Assembly: GCA_030167865.1 (NCBI GenBank)
Contig: JALAGF010003564.1
Span: 57,740-77,739, forward strand
DNA: 20,000 nucleotides
DNA from: Craspedostauros australis
Taxonomy: Eukaryota
Direction: 5' to 3'
Positions 12,401 to 18,098 of this stretch are shown here, piece by piece. The notes under the pieces were generated by a model. The model ran no database searches. It had not been told where the DNA came from and saw only the letters and a program-made list of their open reading frames with translations. Each line of letters opens with the position of its first letter. Position 1 is the stretch's first letter. Both the position numbers and the translations under genes were made by a program.

Positions 12401-12452
12401 GTGGTTTCTTGTCGACATTCCGAAGCGTGCACAATGGGCAATCCCACGTCAT
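3453..12452 (-). CDS. BRCA2: BRCA2 homologue (RAD51 mediator), ~2999 aa, apparently intronless
   Basis: One open frame of >9 kb ending at TAG 3453-3455. It holds 11 BRC-like repeats (FxTAG...I.VS.e.l.kA..ll) and diagnostic DBD motifs: KWILTHKRWVVWKL, RYRKE..GKRSALRKVL, LELSDGWY, ANSTRLARWDAKLGF, GGNIPAITLRVVKVYP, LLTIWKP, VDTIG. The ORF track begins at TTG 12749 and the first ATG is at 12719. ATG 12452 (MTWDC...) is preferred because the upstream in-frame stretch is microsatellite-like. Confidence 0.96.
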   Translation of the reverse strand: MTWDCPLCTLRNVDKKPRCGACGNRRPLGNASKSKRSCAQIIKDAAGSDGDVHLATTRSDLHDPCNWDSQEDGHNHKQSGVGKEAAPTAHSKRKRRRSRAEQEVTQLTQSGSEAGSDQDHHVAANAPLHIESTEACNQAQSARNEQAEAAFVPSVPLLLASHPRDDARQKRKPSVVDEWLHRRQARRKRESQHSQHPPSQQQRGCPVVLETNVSGINIATTTATTINNNNNSCGKNHGNSNDSIKAVRPLNQFAVKSLPSLQSSLRAQEKLATDMGEQDHQPSEMGLDDSAREVPADGNAPCTDDKPASSSELPMRTQAAPETIAMATSAATITPTTTPASPMAPAQQRGNVRAMQQTQSESSAPHFRSVMVSIVYGRTPSPTDQAEADGTQGSASSGKSKKSRGKKRRYKPLEALVALPLGIRPAPVESAEPKKQKMSSEDRAAATNSVATVPECAVQPQPEQHQNDAAIMCNRTNNTATDDAHQARDVSDAPHPEGATEQKDANGAAAGDQHSMQEEDVNASQSTAESFDYSVPGSLAGSQIIVSEPSDDGEVMDAESTAAAANVAADYDGDGGGDSSSLPDTPKRCNTTKHLAEMRGSHHALVPNNKESADRPRDANSKTNNDDTNRVQTAHDDHVRKLDINQCFDYEDSDSFAASESQDLVPNTRNANESAKMAPVSTPRLSTTATNSNTAASTTAQQSAPQTNSAETVVTMFTSAGSKTPITVSSKDLAKAQSLLGGVSIHDADGKSAVGNNKTTGSDQARNQAPRNATTAKATPHSLSPQKQPLSGRGMNGQLARRTLRKPTGLNLARPPASIDTQRVSTPSLPTTPMSTAASSAAMFTTAGSKSVIAVSEDAMKRAKQMFQATAADHPPQRDDDGFAARSKSSPSFQSTTGKQKGLLRQPHPRRPVAAASPTLKSTLARRRPSFTVPRRKLHTPKANGSLRVATASQVTPSSTIKTNSDETASTSHSPSPKMGASATLSNSPGSKKFQFTTPAVSLAGIKRPIMVTEEDAKRAKHQPFQYDSDSDADNNLAAGHLRETARRGDGQAESKDGDGNANKAKQDGQRLQTSETDNGLAMFSTAGQNKPIRVSAEGMARAKQLLASGADSKVMSPSANSNRGERDQAVAAIATSPVPSERETGIALFSTAGNNRPIHVTEESLRRAQMMFASSSAPTLTPTNGVAGTRSTAKPLSRAPPRPKPSLARIAPTPRVAPDPTKSKSSSRTLPTASAIFTTAGRNRPIQVSEASLMKAKMILGVVKPPSPQSSAVKLTSTTGGAPGAAPGSTNTNTNTKPPATNSTRNQTSTPFKPPQVPVSTSTNISATPAALFATTGSSKPIHVSKEAMAKAHSLLGGCTAAGLAGAVARPTRTSSPTPTTRNSLATNRSAGKAVIPTMPTPRTAQTIDGGIARNTSDAADQRATPTSALFTTAGRNKAIHVSKDALLKAKKLFSDGLAAKSLFVPSSLSSSSSFQKSTPRPETPGAALSFSPSSTPTAAQLGTNKASSAMTTAPSATTPATTPGGFNHTAMFSTAGKGIAITVSEESLRKAKQLLHSTGTSTTAAAVAESTSLQQRGNEQPSRALDVSKRTQPQKTNGLGYTSKPPLAQSPTASVRTHPSAEAFSFSYTPTSEPPKQIDNRPPMPSDTLASVLRSKTDYSPWAERKNETTVRTQQPTTQIDGTLKHRSNEHQPASAFGDSKQPATPADVSTDASAARLLTYENDQDVKRYESKNVQDVGARSEHDVTAKDIPIKSMTTPTAAPYKRTALGMVQSGFVLAGSGRGIDVSADSLRKASGLLDVGQGDDHRSATSDLSFNNSTRKDKSTHAVNKEAEPSPLSCTTHNGTKTKAAFSGFATAGRNTKIQVSEEARKRAARLFGDETKSVPGTTLMPSVRREPDTMKETASTCRNKTPTTPSVLPLAQETPHFEYDATLGLAIRSIAQGLTQQTPGFSPLEPRHPARCFDGASQDIGAPGCAAETPIASSGPTAPNAIVSKRPSGRDGISTRSPRTLLSQEFAASKSDAVATPANRIYINTNRSNGDDDDDDDDAMDVDNREGRRGSGKIIGSFTHKGNQAFGTMPQLKRDMKYGIMTSTNSERSLHGVQNVTLSVNSTNAMHVLFDKTSGLPSCIEDPDAGDASVDKNANADDTADGAASRIGTFADIRHRLHGMGCTSKLMTDKWILTHKRWVVWKLSSTERQFSRHLAGRYFTYDTLVQQLAKRYRKEVRDGKRSALRKVLNCDAAASRMMILCVSQVFSSPAISPAVGSSSLTSDKQAGGAKDFAPSAAARGMDGKAGDRMKYKLELSDGWYGVQASLDTKLNTYVRDGRIQVGTKLLVSSAVLAGSDDGIDPLDEGYDSSSPKCTIGLMICANSTRLARWDAKLGFVRISQRQYRSTKGKLCIKRINDIIMGGGNIPAITLRVVKVYPRQYLEKVEGSASAPMILTEAMEESRQQEFEKRRQRAMEKISDQIEQEVEADVDEMAPEVWHKLTSSMCPEDFYSGLSDEDRHEVDRWKDKRGGILQDRIKKEVEAELEVDTSLERSSTPFMRVLVTSHGCGTTDVKADGRALLTIWKPSEEHMERMKDGHCILALGLSVRDTKYDGKIQLTANSRTRMEMVSSKPKSMSKSTFGASSDRSSGLRDWCHQQSFLQHLQRNDDGDVQDGCPHQSLLRVHVQCRRWAIRCNQRNFARRHPQCVDTIGVIFTMTQDTMYITDESMLILRIRTDGAALRVAVGDAVAFNDLDLSACDDDENCACASYSIKSSFSKASECSTRLQMLRTWAASEAGQASMRRATCLLEAKIGARACVNQTTAIGYVSSLRFDSDASSSQVQVEVECGPNGIIDRWRLPVKLLKVMQSHCLQHQKKWQQSNQLRSRCTHGDAAAGGGDGFDGDGHNIDDNGDECSKDGIDRVGNRVDDSNKDNAVAATGWVRLSDEEEARASGLGETLGPIFRQRGLLWRFQLRATPRNRGYMVHAIEPADVASLANAILSAFPQT
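4100..6143 (-). other. BRCA2 DSS1/ssDNA-binding domain: helical domain, OB1, OB2 with tower, OB3 (approximate boundaries)
   Basis: Helical domain (~6143-5790: HGV..VTLSVNSTNA, WVVWKL). OB1 (~5760-5290: MILCVS, LELSDGWY, GTKLLV, NSTRLARW). OB2 plus acidic helical tower (~5210-4590). OB3 (~4355-4100: VDTIGVIF..MYITDES..LRI..AFNDL). Confidence 0.88.
6813..10304 (-). repeat. BRC repeat array (10 canonical + 1 degenerate) within BRCA2
   Basis: 24-aa cores at 10233-10304, 9852-9923, 9132-9203, 8934-9005, 8670-8741, 8382-8453, 8088-8159, 7782-7853, 7050-7121 and 6813-6884, plus a degenerate copy at ~9378-9467. Examples: FTTAGRNKAIHVSKDALLKAKKLF, FSTAGKGIAITVSEESLRKAKQLL. Confidence 0.92.
12387..12446 (-). 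other. RanBP2/NZF-type C4 zinc finger at the BRCA2 N-terminus
   Basis: WDCPLCTLRNVDKKPRCGAC matches W-x-C-x2-C-x3-N-x6-C-x2-C exactly. Confidence 0.9.
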
Positions 12453-12737
12453 TGCTCGTGGTGCCGCTCCTTTTGATCTTGCCGATGTTGTTGTTGGTGA
12501 GACATTCAGCAACGACAAGATGAAAACAACAACAACGATGACGATGACGATGACGATGGTGGCACGGTGTGGTTTGGTATTGATTATTTGACAATGGTCG
12601 ATTGCGGCGATGCCGTTCGCGATGGCGATGGCGGTCATCACGTTTGTGGTGCGGAAGCGTTGTTTGTGTTGTTTGTGCGCAGATGTGTGTTTGGTACTGC
12701 TTGTGTCCTCCCTTGTCATCGAATCGTGGATCACAAT

Positions 12738-12824
12738 TTTGGCGCGCAACCCAAACAGAAGACTAGTGCGTACCTCAATCTACTTTCGTGTGACAGTCTA
12801 CTGCCTGAAGCGAAACGCGCCAAA
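12738..12824. promoter_or_regulatory. Inverted pair of E2F consensus sites (TTTGGCGCG) upstream of BRCA2
   Basis: TTTGGCGCG at 12738-12746 (+) and CGCGCCAAA at 12816-12824 (= TTTGGCGCG on -). Both match the E2F consensus TTTSSCGC and lie just upstream of the CA-rich putative BRCA2 leader. Function is inferred. Confidence 0.55.
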
Positions 12825-13778
12825 CACGAGTTGAACGGATTTTCACGGACTGGATTCGCACGTCAAACTGCCGCGCTTCGTCAGGTGCACTTGCAGATGT
12901 GATGATGAAGTCGTTGTTCGACGCGATTGGCTTTACATTAGCCACACCACAGAGCGAAGCGAAAACGGTGTCAACCACATCTGTGTTGGGGCTTGAATAC
13001 TCGTGCAGTGGAGGAGGTGAATGCTGAGAGCGTGATCGTTGAAACTTGCAGTGTTGATGGACTAAGATTGAGTATAGCGGTCTGGTGGAAGGGGAGTGGT
13101 TCCGGATCCAGAAGGAGGAGGATGTCGCTCTGGACGACGATGAGAAGAGCATTTCATCAAACCACGCTTCTGTTTCTGACTGTTTTGAATCAAACGAAGA
13201 GGTGGATGCTAGTCCTCCAGTCTCTCTACCTGTCATTGGTGTGTCGTTGCTTTTTCCACATCATCCACCACACTGCACGCTTCACATCGCCGCCACCAAC
13301 AAAGCGAGAAAAAAGGAACTCATTTTGAATTGGCGATGAAACGGGGATCGTAACTGTTGGCATGGAGACGTGCGCAGGAATCGCACACGAATCTTGACCG
13401 CCAAACGACAACCCCAAACGGACATCCGATGACCATTAATGTCGGCGGGACTTACAGGGTTTGTATTGCCGCACGTCTGTTGGTTGGAATACTGGTTGGA
13501 CGAGTTCTAACGGCCGTTCGTTGGTACTTACAAGAAATACGGCACGATCGCAACGCTCCCATCGAAAAAAGTGAATGAAAAATTATTCAGAGTTGTACAC
13601 TGTACAATGTTTCAGCGATGTCCGACTGACGACTACAATAATTGCTGCTGTATTTGGATGTCACATAAGATATGTGAAGTTGAAGGTGTCACCATGTGAC
13701 ACCCGTTGAGTGCTTCCGAGCGAAATGATACACATGGAAAAGATAGTTTCACGAAAGCCAAATCGCACCCGAGAAAGG

Positions 13779-13786
13779 GCGCGAAA
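13779..13786 (-). promoter_or_regulatory. Third E2F consensus site (TTTCGCGC)
   Basis: GCGCGAAA on the + strand, in the divergent intergenic region. Confidence 0.35.
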
Positions 13787-14169
13787 ATTCTGTTTGTTGG
13801 TGATGTGTGCTCGAAGAATTCGCGCTGGTTGGAGTATTGACGCCGCTGTAGCACGGTACTGTATCTACGAGGAATGTTGTCCGAGAGTGAGCGTTATCGA
13901 AGGAAGGGCGCGGAAAGACCAAGACCGCCAAAGAAACGGCACCGGCGTTATCAGCGTCGCATGATCCGTTGGTGGTTGTTCTCATCATCCGCACCCGTTT
14001 TGCGTGTCTTTGCGTTTGGATGAGGTCTGCGGTTCTCGTGGTCGGCACCATCTTCCAACCATCGAACAGGTGGAGAGAAGCATCCAAGAGAGAGCGTCGA
14101 TCCATCAATCGATCAAGAGAGCCGTGAGAGCGAGAGAGCGATGGAGTTGATGAGGTCGGAGTGAAGCAA

Positions 14170-15250
14170 TACAGCACATCATCACCATCATCATCATCAT
14201 TCACAAGAGCAACTCCAACAAGAACAGCAACAAGAACGAGATCACTCAACCACACCAACACTCACTCACGGAAACAAAGACAATCGATCTTCCCGATCCA
14301 CCGCAGGAAGGCACACACACACACGGCGCAGCGAAACGTGAACAGCGCAAAATCCCACAGTCCGTAAGACAGTCGCAGAGCCCGAACCGCGGAGCCGTGC
14401 CTGTGATCGATTTCCTCATCGACCAACCAACAACAACAAGCACAACAACAAGCGCAACAGCAACAGCAAACACAATTAGACAAGGTCTCTGTTCAAAATC
14501 GCCGTTGAAGCCACAGTCCGTGCGCCATCTTGAAGACGCAGAGACACAGACAGAGAAGGGAGCACAGAGCAACACAAAGCAACAGAGCACGACACAGAAC
14601 CAAGTCACGCAACAGGGAGCACCTGCATAGAGCGCGCCATACTCTCCACAGCACCCACCAGTATTAAACTCCACGAGAGGTATACTGCATCGCCACGTGT
14701 GCCTCGCTTGCAATTCCACGAGACAGGAGTGGCGAACAAGCACTGAGGAACACATACATCACGTTCACCACATCCACAGCGATCAACACGTCCATCAATC
14801 CCAACGGAGTCCACAACTCAGCACGCGAAGGACGATCCCTCAATCCGTAACTGTTGCAAACGACAACATCGCATTGGAGAGCGAAGGCGGATAGCGGTCA
14901 AGCAACCAAAGTCGACAGACTCACAGCAGCGCAGCAGCTGTTGAAGAGAACCTCACTTCGATTCAGCATCGACTTAGCAACACCTTGTCTGCTATACCAT
15001 TCGACTACACACATATCCACATACACCACCAATACTACGCCATACACACTACTTGCAACATCAGCAGGTCAGACGCAACCAGAACCAAAGACGCCTCCGC
15101 ACAAAAGCCTCAGGGGACGCTGCAACACTCGAACTAGCAGCTGATTGACAAACACAATCAGCCTCATCAGTTCGTATCAGCGCAGATCAGTGCCTACCAA
15201 CACGCACCAACACGCAGAGCACCAACAGACAGAGGCCTGGGTCTCCGGAG
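14170..15250 (+). other. CA-rich, low-complexity stretch upstream of the DUF6824 gene (probable long 5' leader/promoter)
   Basis: Strong A+C skew with (CAT)n, (CAA)n/(CAG)n and (CA)n runs and no credible ORF. A shorter CA-rich tract precedes BRCA2 on the minus strand (~12460-12720). Confidence 0.45.
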
Positions 15251-17623
15251 ATGTCGGTCAACGTTGCAGACAGCCACAGCTATAGCAACGGCAACCGCAA
15301 CTGCAACAGCTACAGTACACCATCGAGGAGCCGCCACCTCAACGCCGAATCGGAAATGGCGTCCGCAGGCAGGGTGGGATCGTCCGGCATCGTCGTCACT
15401 CCGGAGGCCCACGGCAGCCATGACAATCATGGTGGCCATGGCAGCCAGGGATCGACTGACGACAGCAGCACCAGCAGCAGCCTCACCAAGCCCGACATCA
15501 ACGACGTGCTGTGCGGCCGCGGGGGCTCCATCAACAGCCACCCGGGCAACGAGAACTTCCGCCGCCTCGTGGAGAAGAGGAAGAGGGTCTACCTCACGGC
15601 CCGCTTCAAAAGAGAGAAGCGCCTCATCGCCAGCAGCATCGTGCAGGAGATCCGCAACATGAAGCCGCCGGGCCGCTTCCTCTCCAAGAAGAGCGAGAAC
15701 GGCGTGGCCGTGTGGTCCGACATCGGCGACGAGAAGGCCAGGGACAAGACGTCGCAGGCGCTCAGGGAGAACGCGCCCACCATCCGTCTGGAGATCGAGA
15801 CGGAGATCAACGAGCAGCGCGAGGAGATGAAGCGCCACGGCGACGTCTCCACCATGGACCACCGCTACTCGCCCAACCAGATGCCGCCGCCGCACGCCCA
15901 TCACATGGCCCATCCCGGCTCCGCGCCACCGCCCCAGCCCTCGGCCGTTCCATCGCAGCATCACTCCTACTGGGACTACAACTATTACTACAACGCCTAC
16001 TACGGACGCGTGGCGCCTGCCCCAACGCCCGCTCCTGCACCATCACCGCACGCACGTCCGCATGCCCATCCTCATGCTCCTTCGCCGCCGCCACCCTACC
16101 CGCAACAGCACCATCCTCACCACGCGTGGCCGCAGTCGCACTCCCATCCCCATGGCCAGGTTGCGCCGCAGCAGCAGCACCATCACGGCCACCACCAACC
16201 CCCATCGCCCGTGCCTCATCACTACGCAAGCCACGGCCACGGCCAGACTCCTCCCAGCCACCCGCATGGACGCATGGACGCCAGGAAGAGGGGCGCCGAA
16301 GAGTCCAAGACCCCCGACGACGACGACCTAGACTTCCGCTACGCCGCCGAACTCCAGCGGCAGGAGAACATGGACGTCTACAGCAGCAGCCAGCGGAAGA
16401 ACTACGCCCGCCACAAGTCAGGAAGGCCGCACCACCGCCATGGCAACGATGCCAACGGACCCGCGTTCCAACCCCTCAGCGTCGATGACATGACCGCCAC
16501 GGGCACGGCTGCCACGGTAGACACCTCCAACAACTCAAGCATGTCCATGAGGTCCAACAAGCCGCACCGCAGTCAGGAGGAGGAGGACCACCGCCTCGCC
16601 GTCGCCCTGCAGGAACGGGAGGACTCCTTGGCGCGCAACCAGATGGCCGCCTCGGCCGACCGATCGCACCGAACCTCCAGATCCAACGCCTTCTCACAGG
16701 TCAACCGCACCAACCGCGATGCCTTCGCGCGCATGATGCAGAACCAGGCAGAGCAGTACGGCGGCGTCAACGTCGACAAGGAGATGAAGCAGAAGAGGTC
16801 GCAGGCCGTCACCACCAACGACCCCACTGCATCCCTCTTCACGCAGATCGGCAACCAGCTCCTCGGCAACTTTGAGTCATGGGAACCCGGCATGAGCGTC
16901 TGTCCTCTAGACGATGTGCGGGGAACCAACTCGCCCGACCTTCTCCAGCAGCAGCAGGAGCAACCGCATGGCGCGCCGCCGTCTCCCTCGCCTTCCATCG
17001 CAAACACCGCCAGCCACTCCGGCTCGGAGTTGCTCGATGCACGCGAAGTCAGCCCGCAGCAGCGACCGCAGGGCGACTGGCCATCCAGGGTGGGCTCGTG
17101 CCACTCCTGGTTGCCCGACACCGCCAACATCTTCGGCTTCAACAACACGCGCCAACGCAACGCGGCGCTCGCCCCCACACCGCACTTCCAGTCCGTCGGC
17201 ATCTCACCCGTCAACTCCCTCGAGATGGACGTCTCCGCCAACGACAAGTCGCAAGGGTCCGTCGGCGGCGGCTCCCTGTGCCAAGTCTTCGACCCGCCCG
17301 TCGACAAGACCCTCATGCAGATGATGCCGCAGGACGACCTCATGCCACGCTCCCTGCAGCACGTCCCGTCATGGGAACGCAGCATGCGCAGTCTCCGCAG
17401 CCGATCGCCCGTTCTCGGAGCCAACGCCAGCATGGACGAAGAAGAGAAGGTCCACAGCTACCTCCTCAAACCCGCGGCGGCCAACAAACGCGTCTTCGCA
17501 CGACCGCCCGAAGGCACCATCCTGCCACAACCGCGCGACGATTCCAACCTCCTCGACCCGCAAGAGTACGACGACTTTCATCACATGCCACCACCATCGT
17601 CCGATGCCATGGAATGGGAGTAA
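15251..17623 (+). CDS. DUF6824 domain-containing protein (790 aa), putative regulatory/nucleic-acid-binding protein with long low-complexity regions
   Basis: ATG 15251 to TAA 17621-17623, with a strong C/G third-position bias. Residues at 15503-15769 (DVLCGRGGSINSHPGNENFRRLV...KREKRLIASSIV..IR...PPGRFL...W..IGDEKARDKTSQALRE) match the diatom-expanded DUF6824 signature. H/P/Q-rich and S-rich tracts follow. Confidence 0.92.
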   Translation: MSVNVADSHSYSNGNRNCNSYSTPSRSRHLNAESEMASAGRVGSSGIVVTPEAHGSHDNHGGHGSQGSTDDSSTSSSLTKPDINDVLCGRGGSINSHPGNENFRRLVEKRKRVYLTARFKREKRLIASSIVQEIRNMKPPGRFLSKKSENGVAVWSDIGDEKARDKTSQALRENAPTIRLEIETEINEQREEMKRHGDVSTMDHRYSPNQMPPPHAHHMAHPGSAPPPQPSAVPSQHHSYWDYNYYYNAYYGRVAPAPTPAPAPSPHARPHAHPHAPSPPPPYPQQHHPHHAWPQSHSHPHGQVAPQQQHHHGHHQPPSPVPHHYASHGHGQTPPSHPHGRMDARKRGAEESKTPDDDDLDFRYAAELQRQENMDVYSSSQRKNYARHKSGRPHHRHGNDANGPAFQPLSVDDMTATGTAATVDTSNNSSMSMRSNKPHRSQEEEDHRLAVALQEREDSLARNQMAASADRSHRTSRSNAFSQVNRTNRDAFARMMQNQAEQYGGVNVDKEMKQKRSQAVTTNDPTASLFTQIGNQLLGNFESWEPGMSVCPLDDVRGTNSPDLLQQQQEQPHGAPPSPSPSIANTASHSGSELLDAREVSPQQRPQGDWPSRVGSCHSWLPDTANIFGFNNTRQRNAALAPTPHFQSVGISPVNSLEMDVSANDKSQGSVGGGSLCQVFDPPVDKTLMQMMPQDDLMPRSLQHVPSWERSMRSLRSRSPVLGANASMDEEEKVHSYLLKPAAANKRVFARPPEGTILPQPRDDSNLLDPQEYDDFHHMPPPSSDAMEWE

Positions 17624-18098
17624 TAGACACACGCCAATGCACATCAATACTCTAGAACATACAATACTATAATACCATCACGCAATGAATTGTCATGGTT
17701 GCCGCGTTCTCGAATCCTTCGCCATCATTGACAACTTCACGAAAGCTATCACGATGCTTTGCATTGTCTGTGCCATGCGAGACGTCTCTGCACCCAGACG
17801 CGGCGGTGGGTCAAAGCATTGCTTGCTCGAGATCTACATGAACGGTGTCTGCAACAGTGACAGCGACACATCTATCCTCATCACCATAGTCAGAATATGG
17901 CGAGCATCGGGATCGACAGCTCTACTGACGCAACGACATACCAGCATTGATCATCACAGCAGGTACAGTTCATTCAATATCAACGGAAGTAACAGCAACC
18001 CTTGAGCATCATGGTACGCAAACTCCAGAGAAATGCATCACTGCGTATATTACTCGAGTACTCTACTCATCCTACCCATCGTCTTCGTCTTCTGTGTC

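Noticed and set aside
3519-12591. Numerous antisense and alternative-frame ORFs within BRCA2 (e.g. 11425-12228 +)
   Set aside because: Expected shadows of a long real CDS; no independent motifs.
12453-12749. 99-codon N-terminal extension of BRCA2, including the hydrophobic IVIVIVIVVVVFILSLL (apparent TM/signal)
   Set aside because: It starts at TTG and the hydrophobic run is the translation of (CATCGT)n/(GTT)n microsatellites in a CA-rich leader. A TM segment is implausible for nuclear BRCA2. Upstream in-frame ATGs (e.g. 12719) are not formally excluded.
13749-14894. Cys/Val-rich or Thr/Gln-rich ORFs in the CA-rich region
   Set aside because: Translations of low-complexity CA/GT tracts.
15194-17655. 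Long overlapping ORFs (15194-15964 -, 15511-16488 +, 16573-17433 -, 16879-17655 +)
   Set aside because: Shadow frames produced by the high-GC3 codon bias of the DUF6824 gene; Arg/Ala/Gly-rich with no domain.
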